Source of the DNA: an uncultured Chloroflexota bacterium | GTDB lineage: Bacteria > Chloroflexota > Dehalococcoidia > Lucifugimonadales > GCA-002694895 | Assembly (NCBI GenBank): GCA_913045935.1 | Contig: CAJWSY010000001.1 | Coordinates: 29,660 to 93,659 of the forward strand | Reading direction: 5' to 3' | Length of the DNA stretch: 64,000 bases | Shown: positions 28,123 through 40,410 of the stretch, one piece after another | Layout of the letters: each line of letters begins with the position of its first letter | Numbering within the stretch: the first letter of the stretch is position 1 | Notes under the pieces: generated by a model | Seen by the model: only the letters and a program-made list of their open reading frames with translations | Database searches by the model: none | What the model was told of the DNA's origin: nothing | Translations under genes and position numbers: made by a program

Positions 28123-29931
28123 ATGGATCAAAATTTAATAAGAAATTTTTGTATTATTGCACACATTGATCATGGTAAATCCACCTTGGCCGACAGGTTA
28201 ATTGAATTCACCAAGGGAGAAAAAGATGATAAAGACCAAATTCTTGATACTATGGATCTTGAAAGAGAAAGAGGGATAACAATTAAATCTCAAGCAGTCA
28301 GCCTCCCATTCAATTTAGACAATAAAACAACTTATAATCTTAATTTAATAGATACTCCTGGGCATGTAGATTTTGCATCAGAGGTTTCTAGAAGTTTAAG
28401 ATCATCTGATGGGGCAATATTATTAGTTGATGCTACGCAAGGCATACAAGCTCAAACTATTGCTAACACATACCTCGCTATCGACTTAGGGCTAACCATT
28501 ATACCTGTGATCAATAAAATAGATTTACCATCTTCTCAAACAAAATCCGTGACTGAAGAATTAATATCAACATTCGGATTTATTGAAGATGAAATATTGC
28601 ATTGCTCGGCCAAGACAGGAGAAGGAGTAAAAGAATTACTTGAAAATATAATAAAAATCATTCCTCCTCCAAAAGGAGACCCTGGATTTACTAGAGCATT
28701 AGTTTTCGATTCAAAATATGATCAATACAAAGGAATTATTAACTATGTGAGAATATTTGATGGAGAAATAAAATCTGGTGATAACCTGAGAACATTTAAT
28801 TCTAAAAATGATTTTCTTGCCAATGAAGTTGGAATCTTCACCCCAGAACAAACTAAAAAACATTCACTTAAATATGGACAAGTAGGATATATCTACACTG
28901 GATTAAAAGAATTCAAAACTTTACCTGTAGGAGAAACTATATTTAATCTAAACAATGAAAATATTGAGCCATTAATTTCTAACCAAGAATTAAAACCCAA
29001 AGTATTTGCAGGTATGTTTCCATTAGACCCAAATGATTTTATTGATTTAGAAGAAGCTCTTTCTAAACTTCAATTAAATGATGCTTCAATTTTGTATTCA
29101 AGAGAAACTTCTCAAGCTTTAGGTCCTGGTTTCAGGTGTGGGTTTTTAGGTGTTTTGCATATGGAGATAATTCAAGAAAGAGTAGAAAGAGAATATGGAA
29201 TAGAAATTATTATGACTGCGCCAAGCGTTGAATATAAGATCACATTAAAAAATGAAAAAACAATTTTAATAAATAATCCTTCCTCGGTAGAATTAGCTGA
29301 CATAGAAAGTATTGAAGAACCTTGGATCAAAGCAACAATAATTTGCCCTGATAAATTTATTGGTAAAATAATGGATCTAGTTACATCAAGAAGAGGAACT
29401 TCGTCAAATATTGAATATCTAAATACATCTGAAAACAAATCAAAAATTAATCGTATATTAATTTCATTTGAAATGCCTCTTGGGGAAATATTAGTTGGAT
29501 TTTATGATCAACTAAAATCTGTTACACAAGGTTACGGATCTATCGATTATGAAATTATTGGATTTAGAAAGTCTAATTTAGCAAAAGTGGACATACTAAT
29601 TAATCAGGATAAAGTAGATTCACTTAGTACATTTATTTCAAAAGAAAAATCATACTATTATGGCCGTGAATTGGTTTCAAAATTAAAAGAACTAATTCCA
29701 CGACAGTTGTTCGAAGTCCCAATACAAGCAGCTATTGGCTCAAAAATAATTGCAAGAGATAATGTGAAAGCACTAAGAAAAAATGTAACAGCAAAATGTT
29801 ACGGAGGTGATATAACTAGAAAGAAAAAACTACTTGCAAAACAAGCTGAAGGGAAAAAAAGGCTTAAAAAATTAGGAAGAGTTGAAATCCCTCAAGAAGC
29901 TTTTCTGTCTATTTTAAATATAGATCATTAA
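28123..29931 (+). CDS. lepA: Elongation factor 4 (LepA)
   Basis: IAHIDHGKSTLADR, DTPGHVDF, KCYGGDITRK, EIPQEAF. Confidence 0.97.
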   Translation: MDQNLIRNFCIIAHIDHGKSTLADRLIEFTKGEKDDKDQILDTMDLERERGITIKSQAVSLPFNLDNKTTYNLNLIDTPGHVDFASEVSRSLRSSDGAILLVDATQGIQAQTIANTYLAIDLGLTIIPVINKIDLPSSQTKSVTEELISTFGFIEDEILHCSAKTGEGVKELLENIIKIIPPPKGDPGFTRALVFDSKYDQYKGIINYVRIFDGEIKSGDNLRTFNSKNDFLANEVGIFTPEQTKKHSLKYGQVGYIYTGLKEFKTLPVGETIFNLNNENIEPLISNQELKPKVFAGMFPLDPNDFIDLEEALSKLQLNDASILYSRETSQALGPGFRCGFLGVLHMEIIQERVEREYGIEIIMTAPSVEYKITLKNEKTILINNPSSVELADIESIEEPWIKATIICPDKFIGKIMDLVTSRRGTSSNIEYLNTSENKSKINRILISFEMPLGEILVGFYDQLKSVTQGYGSIDYEIIGFRKSNLAKVDILINQDKVDSLSTFISKEKSYYYGRELVSKLKELIPRQLFEVPIQAAIGSKIIARDNVKALRKNVTAKCYGGDITRKKKLLAKQAEGKKRLKKLGRVEIPQEAFLSILNIDH

Positions 29932-29933
29932 AT

Positions 29934-32516
29934 TTAATTTAAACTAAAGGATGAAATTCCACCGTTTTTCTCTACTTCAATTGCTCTGTCAAAAGATTCT
30001 TTTAGAGATTCCAAATGAGTAATAACAATAATTTTTTTAAACTTATAATCATTTGAAATACTAACTGTTTGTATTGCCTCCCTAAGTCTATCTTGTCCCT
30101 CTTGATCTTGCGAACCAAAACCTTCATCAATAAATAATATGGGAGATCTTACACCTGATCTTAAAGATATCAGTCTAGATAAAGCAATTCTAATTGCAAA
30201 ATCTATTCTAAAAGATTCTCCTCCACTATATGTTTCATAATCTCTTACAACACCATTATGATCAGCAATAAAAATTTCTATTTCTTGTGAAAAAGATTCA
30301 GATCCACTGATTTTTTTTCCATCTATTTTTCTAAATTCAACAGTCAAGTTATTTTCAGTCAATGCCGAAAGTAATTTGTTTGTTTCTCTACTTAATTCTG
30401 GTAAAGAATATTCAATTATTTGAGATGGAATTCCATTAGTGCCAAAACTTTTAACCAAAATTTCTAAATTATTTTGTTTTTCAAATAATTTTGTATTTTT
30501 AATTTTAGTATCTTCAACTAAGTCTAATTTAGATTGTAAGTTATCAATAAAATTTGATTTTGAATGTTTTTCATTCGTTAATTCTTTAATTTCAGATTCT
30601 AAGTTATGAATTACTTCAATATCAAAATCATAGACATCTAATTTTTCATTATTTAAAATAATGTTTTCTTCTAAAATTTTAATATCATTTTCAATTATCT
30701 TTTTATCTTCATTCAACAAATTTAATTTTTGATTATTTTGAGTAGTTCTTGATAAAGCTTGATCCATATAAAACTTTTCTTTTTCTAACTCTATTTTTTG
30801 AGTCTGAACATTTTCTAGCAAATAATTATATCTATCCTGATCAAAATTCAGTTCATTAATTTCTTTGTTTAATGTGATTAATTGTTCATTCAAATCTTTA
30901 TATTCAAAATTATTTTCCTTGTAATTAAGTAATGTATTTTGAATTTTTTCTTTTTCTATAATTTCATTATTATAATTTTCACCCACAGTTTTAATTTTAT
31001 TATTTTCAGATTCTAAATATTTTATTTGATTATCATTATTTACATATAGATCAGTAATTGCTTTGTAATCCTTTCTAATTTGATCTCTAGTTTTTATCTG
31101 ATCTGACAATTTTTTTTTATCTTTAATTAATTGAGAATTGAATTGTTCAATTTCATTATTGTAATTTTCAATTAAGTCATTTTTTGAATTATCATCTATT
31201 TTCGATTTACAAACAGGACAAATATTATCATCAAATTTAAGCAAATCAATTTTTTGCAAAAAATCTTCAACAATATTTTCTTTCTTTAAAATCTCTTTAT
31301 TTAAATTTTCTATATTTGAATCGTATGTAACAATTTTCATATCAAGTTCTTTAGAATCACTACTTGCATCTATTTGATCGTTTTGTAATTTAGTAATCGT
31401 ATTTTTATTATTTGTATAAGTTGATTTTTCTGATTCAAGTTTCTTTTTCAATTCAATCAAATTTGCTGAAATATTATTTAATTCCAAATCATTATTTTTA
31501 ATTACTGAAGTTAAGGTAATTTTTAATTTGTCAATTTTAGAATTAATTTCCTGATGTTTTGAAAATAATTTGCCTAAATCATTAAACTCGGCATATTTTA
31601 AAAGTATTTTCTCATAATCTAAATTAATTTTTTTCGAGTCAATCAACAACTTTTTATCACTCATTATTTCATCTGAAATTAATTGTATATCTGTGTTTTT
31701 AGATTTCAGATTTTCATCTAATATATTTTTCTTATCTATATCTCCTTTTATTGCATTACTCAAATTATTAAACTCTAATATTTTTGATTCGTTATCTTTT
31801 TTTGTTTGCTCTTTATGTGACAACATTTGTTCAATTTCTTTTAATTTTTTCTTGTGTCCATTTAATCCTATTTGTTCAGGGTCTAATTGTAATAATTCGT
31901 CAGATATTCTTTCATTTAACATAGAATTAAATCCTATCTGATTTTTTATATCATTTAATTTTTTTTTACTAAAATCAGATAATTTTTGCCATTCATTCAG
32001 GTTTAATATTTCAGACAATATTTCTTTTCTTTTTGTAGGTTGAGAAGTAGAGAATCTATCAGCATTTCCTTGCATTAGATAAGATGTATTAACAAATGTT
32101 TCATAGTTCATATTTACTATTTTTTCAATAATTCTTTGCGTTTCAGAAACAGTATTTCCAGATATTGAATTAAATCCTGTTCCATCAAATTGTTCAAAGT
32201 TGAGTTTTTGTGATCCTTTAGATTTAATAGATCTAAGGATTCTGTATTTTGTATTTGACAAAGATTCTGTAGTAATAAAATCAATGTCAAATTCAAGCTC
32301 AGCAAACATTTCATCCTCACCTTTAGATATTAAATCTTTAGAACTTTGAACTCTAGTTTTTCCCCATAACGACCATGTAATTGCCTCCAAAAGAGCAGAT
32401 TTACCATTACCATTATCGCCAGTGATACAAGCAACACTCCAATCATCAAAATCTAAAACATCAGTCTTACCTTTATAAGACATAAAATTATTTAATTTCA
32501 ATTTTGAAGGAATCAT
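29934..32516 (-). CDS. sbcC: SbcC/Rad50-like SMC ATPase
   Basis: Walker A GDNGNGKS, coiled coil with CPVC zinc hook, YSGGE, FIDEGFG. Confidence 0.88.
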   Translation of the reverse strand: MIPSKLKLNNFMSYKGKTDVLDFDDWSVACITGDNGNGKSALLEAITWSLWGKTRVQSSKDLISKGEDEMFAELEFDIDFITTESLSNTKYRILRSIKSKGSQKLNFEQFDGTGFNSISGNTVSETQRIIEKIVNMNYETFVNTSYLMQGNADRFSTSQPTKRKEILSEILNLNEWQKLSDFSKKKLNDIKNQIGFNSMLNERISDELLQLDPEQIGLNGHKKKLKEIEQMLSHKEQTKKDNESKILEFNNLSNAIKGDIDKKNILDENLKSKNTDIQLISDEIMSDKKLLIDSKKINLDYEKILLKYAEFNDLGKLFSKHQEINSKIDKLKITLTSVIKNNDLELNNISANLIELKKKLESEKSTYTNNKNTITKLQNDQIDASSDSKELDMKIVTYDSNIENLNKEILKKENIVEDFLQKIDLLKFDDNICPVCKSKIDDNSKNDLIENYNNEIEQFNSQLIKDKKKLSDQIKTRDQIRKDYKAITDLYVNNDNQIKYLESENNKIKTVGENYNNEIIEKEKIQNTLLNYKENNFEYKDLNEQLITLNKEINELNFDQDRYNYLLENVQTQKIELEKEKFYMDQALSRTTQNNQKLNLLNEDKKIIENDIKILEENIILNNEKLDVYDFDIEVIHNLESEIKELTNEKHSKSNFIDNLQSKLDLVEDTKIKNTKLFEKQNNLEILVKSFGTNGIPSQIIEYSLPELSRETNKLLSALTENNLTVEFRKIDGKKISGSESFSQEIEIFIADHNGVVRDYETYSGGESFRIDFAIRIALSRLISLRSGVRSPILFIDEGFGSQDQEGQDRLREAIQTVSISNDYKFKKIIVITHLESLKESFDRAIEVEKNGGISSFSLN

Positions 32517-32522
32517 AAATCT

Positions 32523-33008
32523 TTAATTCACAACATCGTATTTAAAATCACAATAATCATCACCCTGCATTAAAGTTTTTTTACGAGTTAATTTTATATT
32601 TTGATTAAACCCTTTCACCAAATTAAAATCACGATTGCAAGAAAGATCAAATCCCAATTCCTCCAATCCCATAGATTTATACATTTCTGCATACTTACAT
32701 CTCACTACGTTATAATGATAACTTTTATCATCTTTTTTTATAATCGAAGTTTCTAAAGATCCGTCTCTTGTCCATGGTTCTTGTCTGTCTATAAATGCTT
32801 CCAAAGAATTTCCTTTAATCTTTGTTAGTTCATATCCTTGTTCAATTGCTATGCCTTTTATAACTTCTGTAATGATATGCCGGGTTTTTTTAGTACCTAA
32901 TTCCCCGGATAAATAATCTTTAAATTTCATAATAAGCTTAGCTTCTATTTCTCTTCTAAGTAGTATGCCTACTTTTTCGTTTATTTCATTATCACTTTTT
33001 GGAGCCAT
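32523..33008 (-). CDS. L-2-amino-thiazoline-4-carboxylic acid hydrolase family protein
   Basis: [32 protein letters not shown]; ATG 33008 with GAGGA SD. Confidence 0.82.
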   Translation of the reverse strand: MAPKSDNEINEKVGILLRREIEAKLIMKFKDYLSGELGTKKTRHIITEVIKGIAIEQGYELTKIKGNSLEAFIDRQEPWTRDGSLETSIIKKDDKSYHYNVVRCKYAEMYKSMGLEELGFDLSCNRDFNLVKGFNQNIKLTRKKTLMQGDDYCDFKYDVVN

Positions 33009-36000
33009 CACTATCCTCAATATATTTTGATAAAGGACTAACATTATACTCAAATTTCTTACTATTCACACTAAGTATGGCAGAGTAAGCCCCATCAAGA
33101 GACGTGAAACATGGGATGTTTTTTTCGGCGGCTGCTCTACGAATATCAAATCCGTCCTTTATCATTTCACTTTCTCCTGTAACTGTATTAATTACTACAT
33201 CGACTAATCCATGATTAATAACATCTACTACATTAGGGTGTTTTCCGGTAAAAACTTTAGGAATGAAATTCACGTCTATACCCATATTTTTAATAAAGTC
33301 TGCCGTACCTTCTGTAGCAAGTAAGTTAAATCCTTTTTCATCTAACTCTAAAACTATTTTTTCAAAATCTGATTTATCTCTGTCAGCAATACTGACTAAA
33401 ACCGTACCTTTGTCTGGTATAGCCATACCTGAAGATATAAGAGCTTTATACATTGCTTTATTAAATTCTTTATCTATACCCATAACCTCGCCTGTTGATT
33501 TCATTTCAGGACCTAAAGTTGTATCAACTCCGGTTAATTTTGACATGGAAAAAACCGGAGCTTTTATAGCAAATAAATCTTTATTTTTATTCAATCCTCC
33601 AGGATAACCTAGTGAAGATAATAATTCACCTGCCATAACTTTAACTGCAATATTTACCATAGGAATATTGGTGACTTTTGATATAAAAGGGATAGTTCTA
33701 CTTGCTCGTGGGTTAACTTCAAGAACTAATACTTGTTGTGTTTTTTGATCTATAACATATTGTATATTCAACAATCCTTTGACATTTAAATTCAAAGCAA
33801 TTTTAGTTGTATAGTCAATAATTTGATTAATATGATCGTCAGACAAACTGATAGGCGGATACACTGCCATTGAATCTCCGCTATGAACTCCTGCTTTTTC
33901 AATATGTTCCATAATTCCTGGTATAAATACATCTTTACCATCACAAACAGCGTCAACTTCTATTTCTGTACCTAAAATATATTTATCAATCAAAACAGGT
34001 CTACCTTCTCCAGCTTGAAATGCATCTTTTAGTAATGAATCTAATTCGCTCTCTTTATATGCGATATCCATAGCTCTGCCTCCTAGCACAAAGCTAGGTC
34101 GGACAAGAACTGGATAGCCTAATTTAACTGCAATATTCCTTGCTTCTTCTTCATCGGAAGCAGTAAATCCTGGAGGATTTGGCACATCGATAGTTTTTAA
34201 AAATTGTTCAAACAAACCTCTATCAGATGCAGTGTTAATAGAATTAACAGGAGAGCCCAATATTTGATATTTATTCAAGTTAATTTGTGAAGATAAATTA
34301 ATAGCAGTTTGTCCTCCAAACTGTACTATTGTTTTTGTATCACTATTTAAATTTTCATTATCAATAATATCCGCAACGGATTCAAAATCTAATGGCTCAA
34401 AATACAGCCTGTCGCTAGTATCAAAATCTGTTGACACAGTTTCCGGGTTTGAATTTATCATGATACTCTTATAATTTATATCATTTAAAGCCCATGCTGC
34501 ATGCACTGAGCAATAATCAAATTCAATTCCCTGTCCTATTCTAATAGGTCCACTTCCAAATACTGCTGCCTTATTTCCTTCCATTGATATAGCTTCATTT
34601 TCCTGTTCATATGTACTATAAAAATACGGAGTTAAAGCTTCAAACTCTGCTGCACATGTATCAACCATTTTGTACACAGGAGTTATATTTTCATCTTTTC
34701 TGTAGCCTCTAATATCTTCTTCTTTTATGTTTAGTAAAGTAGAAATCATTTTGTCACTAAATCCAGATTTTTTGTAATCTAACAAATTTTCCTTATCAAG
34801 CTTTGATTCTTTAATAGTTTTTTCTTTATCAATTATTGATTTAAATGCATTAAGAAACCAATAATCTATTCCTGTAATTTTATTAATATAATCAATATCA
34901 ATACCTTTCCTAAGTGCGTATAATAGAGCCCATAATCTTTCGTCAGTCGGTTTGTAAAATTCTTTTTGATTTAATAGATTGGTTGTCCATTGTTCATCTT
35001 CCCAAAACAATGATTTTCCTGTGATTTCAAGTCCTCTTATAGCTTTCAAAAAAGCTGTTTTAAATGTTCTGTCAATCGACATAACCTCTCCAGTAGCTTT
35101 CATTTGTGTACCTAAAGTTCTGTCTCCATAAATAAATTTGTCAAATGGCCACCGAGGTATTTTCACAACACAATAATCCAAAGCAGGCTCAAATACAGCT
35201 TTTGTTTTTTTTGTTATAGCATTATCAATTTGATCAAGTGTTTTTCCTATAGCGATTTTGGCAGCAACTCTAGCAATCGGATATCCTGTAGCCTTACTAG
35301 CCAAAGCAGAGCTTCGACTTACTCTAGGATTTACCTCAATCACATAATAATCATCTTTTACATTTTGCTCGGCAGGATCATTGGGTTTAATAGCAAATTG
35401 AACATTACATCCTCCTTCTACTCCAAGATGTCTTATTATTTTCAAACTTGAAGATCTTAGCATTTGATATTCTTTATCTGTAAGAGTTTGGCTAGGAGCT
35501 ACAACTATACTATCACCAGTATGCACTCCCATCGGATCAATATTTTCCATATTACAGACTGTAATACAATTGTCATTAGAATCTCTCATAACTTCAAACT
35601 CTATTTCTTTCCATCCAACCAATGATTTTTCTATAAGAATTTGATTTATAGGGCTAGATTTAATTCCTGATTCTGCAATCTTTTCCAATTCTTCTAAAGT
35701 GTCTGCCATTCCTCCTCCAGTTCCTCCTAAAGTATAAGCTGGACGAACAACTACAGGTAATCCAATAGATAATGCAATTTCTTTAGACTCTTGAACAGTT
35801 TCTGCTACCGCACTAGTGGGAACCGGTTCTTCTATACTTTTCATTAATTCTTTGAATCCTTCTCTATCTTCCGCTTTTTCTATAGTATCAATTGGAGAGC
35901 CTAGTAATTTTAAATTATATTTTTCATATATATTCTCCTTATGTAATTCCATAGCCAAATTTAAACCGGTTTGACCTCCGAGTGTTGGAAGCAATGCATC

Positions 36001-36228
36001 AGGTTTCTCATTCTTGATTATTTTTTCAATTGTACTAACTGTCATTGGTTCTATATAAACTACATCAGCAATATCCATGTCAGTCATGATTGTGGCTGGA
36101 TTAGAATTTAATAATATTGTTTTAATGCCCTCTTCTTTTAACGACCTGCATGCTTGCGTCCCAGCATAATCAAACTCAGCTGCTTGACCTATAACTATTG
36201 GCCCAGATCCTAGTACTAGTACTTTCAA
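32992..36228 (-). CDS. carB: Carbamoyl-phosphate synthase large subunit
   Basis: [33 protein letters not shown], duplicated ATP-grasp, MGS domain. Confidence 0.97.
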   Translation of the reverse strand: MKVLVLGSGPIVIGQAAEFDYAGTQACRSLKEEGIKTILLNSNPATIMTDMDIADVVYIEPMTVSTIEKIIKNEKPDALLPTLGGQTGLNLAMELHKENIYEKYNLKLLGSPIDTIEKAEDREGFKELMKSIEEPVPTSAVAETVQESKEIALSIGLPVVVRPAYTLGGTGGGMADTLEELEKIAESGIKSSPINQILIEKSLVGWKEIEFEVMRDSNDNCITVCNMENIDPMGVHTGDSIVVAPSQTLTDKEYQMLRSSSLKIIRHLGVEGGCNVQFAIKPNDPAEQNVKDDYYVIEVNPRVSRSSALASKATGYPIARVAAKIAIGKTLDQIDNAITKKTKAVFEPALDYCVVKIPRWPFDKFIYGDRTLGTQMKATGEVMSIDRTFKTAFLKAIRGLEITGKSLFWEDEQWTTNLLNQKEFYKPTDERLWALLYALRKGIDIDYINKITGIDYWFLNAFKSIIDKEKTIKESKLDKENLLDYKKSGFSDKMISTLLNIKEEDIRGYRKDENITPVYKMVDTCAAEFEALTPYFYSTYEQENEAISMEGNKAAVFGSGPIRIGQGIEFDYCSVHAAWALNDINYKSIMINSNPETVSTDFDTSDRLYFEPLDFESVADIIDNENLNSDTKTIVQFGGQTAINLSSQINLNKYQILGSPVNSINTASDRGLFEQFLKTIDVPNPPGFTASDEEEARNIAVKLGYPVLVRPSFVLGGRAMDIAYKESELDSLLKDAFQAGEGRPVLIDKYILGTEIEVDAVCDGKDVFIPGIMEHIEKAGVHSGDSMAVYPPISLSDDHINQIIDYTTKIALNLNVKGLLNIQYVIDQKTQQVLVLEVNPRASRTIPFISKVTNIPMVNIAVKVMAGELLSSLGYPGGLNKNKDLFAIKAPVFSMSKLTGVDTTLGPEMKSTGEVMGIDKEFNKAMYKALISSGMAIPDKGTVLVSIADRDKSDFEKIVLELDEKGFNLLATEGTADFIKNMGIDVNFIPKVFTGKHPNVVDVINHGLVDVVINTVTGESEMIKDGFDIRRAAAEKNIPCFTSLDGAYSAILSVNSKKFEYNVSPLSKYIEDSDGSKK

Positions 36229-37325
36229 TTATTATCCTTTTTTGAATTAATTAAGTTTATAAATTCATCAAATACATATTCATTATCATATGGCCCTGGT
36301 GATGCTTCCGAATGATATTGAATACCCATAATAGGTAATGTCTTATGTTTAATTCCTGAAACAGTTTCATCATTCAAATTAACATGAGTGATCTCAAGAT
36401 CGTTTGATATTCCATTTGATTCGACTGCATAACCATGATTTTGAGCTGTTATGTATACCTTTCCTGAAATCAAATCTTTTACCGGCTGATTACCTCCTCT
36501 ATGTCCAAATTTCAACTTAAAAGTATTAGCTCCAAAAGATCTAGCTAATATCTGATGTCCTAAACATATTCCAAACATAGGATAATCATTTGTTAAATTT
36601 GCGATCTTCTCTACAAGGTATTCCATATTTTTGGGGTCACCTGGGCCTGGTGAAATTAAAATTCCGTCAGGATTATATTCTTTTAATTTTTTCAAATCAA
36701 AATTTGAAGAAAATATTTCTATTTCACAATTTCTTTTATTTAATAACTTTAAAATATTTTCTTTTACACCACAGTCTATTACTGCTATTTTATATGAAGA
36801 ATTCGTAATTGATTTTCCATATTTTATATTTAAAGATTCTTTATTTGAAACACCTTCAGCTAAATCTAAGGAATCATAGGATGGCACTGATTCGAGGAAT
36901 TTAATTCCTTCTTCTGGGTCTAACCCTTTGTATATAACACCATTCATAACACCCTTAGATCTTATTTTTTTCACTACCGATCTTGTGTCTAAATCTGATA
37001 TTCCAATTATTTTTTCTCTTTTTAAAAATTCATCAATAGTAGTTTCTGAAGTGATATGACTTGGAATTGTTTCATGATGACGAACTACATATCCAGCAAC
37101 TTGTATTTTATTTGATTCACTAATCAAATCATTAATCCCATAATTGCCAATCATTGGATAAGTTTGAATTACTATCTGCCCTCTATAAGAAGGGTCAGTC
37201 AATATCTCTTGATAACCGGTCATAGAAGTATTAAAGACAACTTCTCCATAAGTCATTTTGGGATAACCAAAAATTTTACCTTTATAAATTGATCCATCTG
37301 ATAAAATCAAATATCCTTCATTCAT
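36225..37325 (-). CDS. carA: Carbamoyl-phosphate synthase small subunit
   Basis: [38 protein letters not shown]; ATG 37325 preferred. Confidence 0.96.
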   Translation of the reverse strand: MNEGYLILSDGSIYKGKIFGYPKMTYGEVVFNTSMTGYQEILTDPSYRGQIVIQTYPMIGNYGINDLISESNKIQVAGYVVRHHETIPSHITSETTIDEFLKREKIIGISDLDTRSVVKKIRSKGVMNGVIYKGLDPEEGIKFLESVPSYDSLDLAEGVSNKESLNIKYGKSITNSSYKIAVIDCGVKENILKLLNKRNCEIEIFSSNFDLKKLKEYNPDGILISPGPGDPKNMEYLVEKIANLTNDYPMFGICLGHQILARSFGANTFKLKFGHRGGNQPVKDLISGKVYITAQNHGYAVESNGISNDLEITHVNLNDETVSGIKHKTLPIMGIQYHSEASPGPYDNEYVFDEFINLINSKKDNN

Positions 37326-38655
37326 TAAACTCTCCATTAATAGAATATATAATTTCCCCATCGACTAATGTGGTCGTAATTAGGCCTGTCAATTCTGTTC
37401 CATTTATTGGTGTATTTTTGCCTTTAGAAACAAAATTGTTCGTGTCAACAATCCATTTTTTATTTAAATCAAAAATAGCTATATCTGCTGGATAATTTTT
37501 TTCAATTCTTCCTATTTTTTTATTTAGAAAACTAGCAGGATTAGAAGTCATACATTTCAATATTTTTGTCAATTCAATTTGCTTCAAATGCACTTTTGCT
37601 AAAACCGATCCTAAAGATGTTTCAAAATTACTTATACCAAAAGCTGCCTGATTAATTGTTGTCATTTTATCTTCAAATCCATGAGGAGCATGATCTGTAG
37701 CAATTATTGTTATAAGATCATCATTTATACCTTCTATCATAGAAAGTATATCTTTATCTGTTCTCAACGGTGGAAATACTTTTGCATTAGTATTGTAGGC
37801 ATTTTCTCCAATTTGTTTTTGGTCACCTTCAAACGCACCAAGAATAAAATCTTCTGTTAAAGTAAGGTGGTGAGGTGTTACCTCGGCTGTGTATTTAATT
37901 CCTCTAGATTTCGCCATTTTTAAAATATCCAATGATTGTTTAGCAGAGATATGACAAGCGTGATAATTACCTCCTGTCATTTCCGCCAAGAGAATATCCC
38001 TTGATAACATAGAAGCTTCTGCAGCATTTGGAATTCCCGCGCATCCTAGTCTTTGAGATAAATAACCTTCATTCATTACACCTTGCCCTTTAAAATTTAT
38101 TTGCCTATCATCACAATGATTCATAATCGGCCTGGAAACCATCTTGCTATACTCCAAAGCTGTTTTCATAATATTATTATCAGACACGGGTTCTCCGTCG
38201 TCGCTAAATCCTATTGCTCCAGCGTCAGCTAATGATTTCATTTCAACTATCTTCTCTCCTTCTCTGTTTTCTGTTACAGCTCCTATAGGCAATACTTTAA
38301 CTTTAGCTCTGTCTGCGCATATATCTTTTAAATACTCAATAGAATCATATGAATCTAAAGCAGGAATGGTTGTTGGCATTGAGCATATTGTTGTAAATCC
38401 ACCTTTAGCGGCTGCCTGAGTTCCTGTTAATATCGTTTCTTTATACTCATATCCCGGCTCTCTGAGATGTGAATGAATGTCTATAAATCCAGGACTGACT
38501 ATGTAACCTTTTGCATCAATAATTTCCACATCTTTTTCATTAATCTCAATTTTGCCAACTTCTTCTATAAATTTCCCATTGATTAATATGTCTACATTAA
38601 TCAGTTTATCTGATATCCCATCAAATACTTGCCCGTTTTTAATTATCTTCTTCAT
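37318..38655 (-). CDS. pyrC: Dihydroorotase
   Basis: DIHSHLREPG, AEVTPHHL, IATDHAPH, SKGKNTP; pyr operon context. Confidence 0.94.
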   Translation of the reverse strand: MKKIIKNGQVFDGISDKLINVDILINGKFIEEVGKIEINEKDVEIIDAKGYIVSPGFIDIHSHLREPGYEYKETILTGTQAAAKGGFTTICSMPTTIPALDSYDSIEYLKDICADRAKVKVLPIGAVTENREGEKIVEMKSLADAGAIGFSDDGEPVSDNNIMKTALEYSKMVSRPIMNHCDDRQINFKGQGVMNEGYLSQRLGCAGIPNAAEASMLSRDILLAEMTGGNYHACHISAKQSLDILKMAKSRGIKYTAEVTPHHLTLTEDFILGAFEGDQKQIGENAYNTNAKVFPPLRTDKDILSMIEGINDDLITIIATDHAPHGFEDKMTTINQAAFGISNFETSLGSVLAKVHLKQIELTKILKCMTSNPASFLNKKIGRIEKNYPADIAIFDLNKKWIVDTNNFVSKGKNTPINGTELTGLITTTLVDGEIIYSINGEFNE

Positions 38656-38664
38656 GCTAATCTC

Positions 38665-39648
38665 CTATATTTGATCTAGTGAATAGTCACCAATTAACAG
38701 TAATAATAATGCCATTCTAATTGCCACACTATTTTGGACCTGATCATTTATTAATGATCTTTCAGAATTTGATACATACCCGTCGATTTCAATACCTAAG
38801 TTTACTGGACCAGGATGTAAAATCTTAATTTCTTTCTCGCAACTTTTAAGAGAATCCTCATTCAACTTAAACAATCTAGTATACTCATTTATATTTGGAA
38901 CTACATAATTTGACTTTCGCTCAAATTGAGTTCTCAAAGTCATAACTAAGTCTGCATTTTTCAAGCTGTATCTTAAATCATCACTATATTTAATTTCAGG
39001 CCAATATATTTGATTTCTTTCTACTGAATTATCACTCAAATATTGAGCATCCATAGTTGTTGGTGCGCAAATAGTTATTCTTGCTCCCATAATCGAAAAT
39101 CCTATAATTGTGGACCTTGCTACTCTGCTGTGTACATTATCTCCAAGTACAGTTAAATTAAGACCTTCAATATTCCCTACTTTTTTATGCACAGTGTATA
39201 AATCAATTAAATTTTGTGTAGGATGAGCATGAGATCCATCTCCTGCGTTAATAACAGGAATGCCGATATTCCTCGCAACAAAATAAGGAGCCCCTGCGTC
39301 AAAATGTCTCATGACCAAAAGATTTGCACCAATAGATTCAAGAGTTTGAACACTATTAAAAAGAGATTCTCCTTTCTCGTCACTACTACCGCTTGAGGAC
39401 ATATTTATAACATCAGCCGACAATATTTTGCCTGCATTTTCAAAAGATACTCTTGTGCGCGTACTAGGTTCAGCAAAATAATTAAGAATAGTTTTTCCTC
39501 GAAGCGCCGGGATTTTTCTGATTGAGCCTTTCGCAATAGACTGAAGTTTGTCAGCATATTCAAATATATAATTTATATCTGATTTATTTAATTGGTCAAC
39601 ATCCAATAAATTACGAAAATTGGTCAATGGTTTAATTTTATTAGTCAT
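38665..39648 (-). CDS. pyrB: Aspartate carbamoyltransferase catalytic subunit
   Basis: EPSTRTRVSFE, NAGDG..HPTQ, HPGP. Confidence 0.96.
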   Translation of the reverse strand: MTNKIKPLTNFRNLLDVDQLNKSDINYIFEYADKLQSIAKGSIRKIPALRGKTILNYFAEPSTRTRVSFENAGKILSADVINMSSSGSSDEKGESLFNSVQTLESIGANLLVMRHFDAGAPYFVARNIGIPVINAGDGSHAHPTQNLIDLYTVHKKVGNIEGLNLTVLGDNVHSRVARSTIIGFSIMGARITICAPTTMDAQYLSDNSVERNQIYWPEIKYSDDLRYSLKNADLVMTLRTQFERKSNYVVPNINEYTRLFKLNEDSLKSCEKEIKILHPGPVNLGIEIDGYVSNSERSLINDQVQNSVAIRMALLLLLIGDYSLDQI

Positions 39649-40166
39649 TCTATTTCCACTCCATCTACCCCATCAATTTCTTCAACTAAAACTTTTATTT
39701 TTTCATCTTTAGAAGTGGGTATGTTTTTACCAATAAAATCAGGAGAAATAGGTAATTCTCTGTGCCCTCGATCAATTAAAACAGAAAGTTGAATACTAGA
39801 CGGGCGGCCATAATCCATTAAAGCATCCATCGCTGCTCTTATACTTCTGCCAGTATATAAAACATCATCTATCAAAACAACATTGCAATCATTAATATCT
39901 ATATCAATTACAGTTGGATTAATATCTGTTTTGATTTTGGTTTCAATATCATCTCTATAAAATGAAACATCTAGTTGAGCAATAGGGACAGTTAATTTTT
40001 CAAAATCTTCTATAAAATCAGCAATACGTTTTGCTATTGGAACACCTCTAGTGTGCATGCCAATTAGAACTAATTTTTCAGGTCCTGAATTTTTCTCAAG
40101 TATTTCATGCGAAATCCTTTTGAGCATTCTTGAAAAGCTATTTGAATCTATAATTAGTTTACCCAA
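39645..40166 (-). CDS. pyrR: Bifunctional pyr regulator/uracil phosphoribosyltransferase PyrR
   Basis: RISHEILE, SFYRDD, LIDDVLYTGRSIRAA, DRGHRELPI. Confidence 0.96.
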   Translation of the reverse strand: MGKLIIDSNSFSRMLKRISHEILEKNSGPEKLVLIGMHTRGVPIAKRIADFIEDFEKLTVPIAQLDVSFYRDDIETKIKTDINPTVIDIDINDCNVVLIDDVLYTGRSIRAAMDALMDYGRPSSIQLSVLIDRGHRELPISPDFIGKNIPTSKDEKIKVLVEEIDGVDGVEIE

Positions 40167-40244
40167 TTATACCAAAGCTTTAAGAGTTGTATTATTCTTA
40201 AAAAGATTAAAATTATACAAGTATATAGAAAACATAATTAACAT

Positions 40245-40275
40245 CCTTTTCAGTATCTCAGTACTAATTTAAAGG
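40245..40275 (-). promoter_or_regulatory. PyrR-binding RNA loop in the pyr leader
   Basis: Minus strand CCUUUAAA-UUAGUA-CUGAGA-UACUGA-AAAGG: UUUAA bulge, CNGNGA hexaloop and closing CCUUU/AAAGG stem. Confidence 0.8.
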
Positions 40276-40410
40276 TTAGTAAATATGATTAGATTATATA
40301 TAAATATGAAAATAATATCAAATTCAATTTTTATATAATAATTTAAACGTAATCATTATATTTATTTGATATCATATATGCGTTTGTTTGAAAAATATCA
40401 AATATTAAGA

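Noticed and set aside
30400-31950. Low-complexity, repeat-like stretch
   Set aside because: Explained by the K/N/E/I-rich SbcC coiled coil; no nucleotide tandem array seen.
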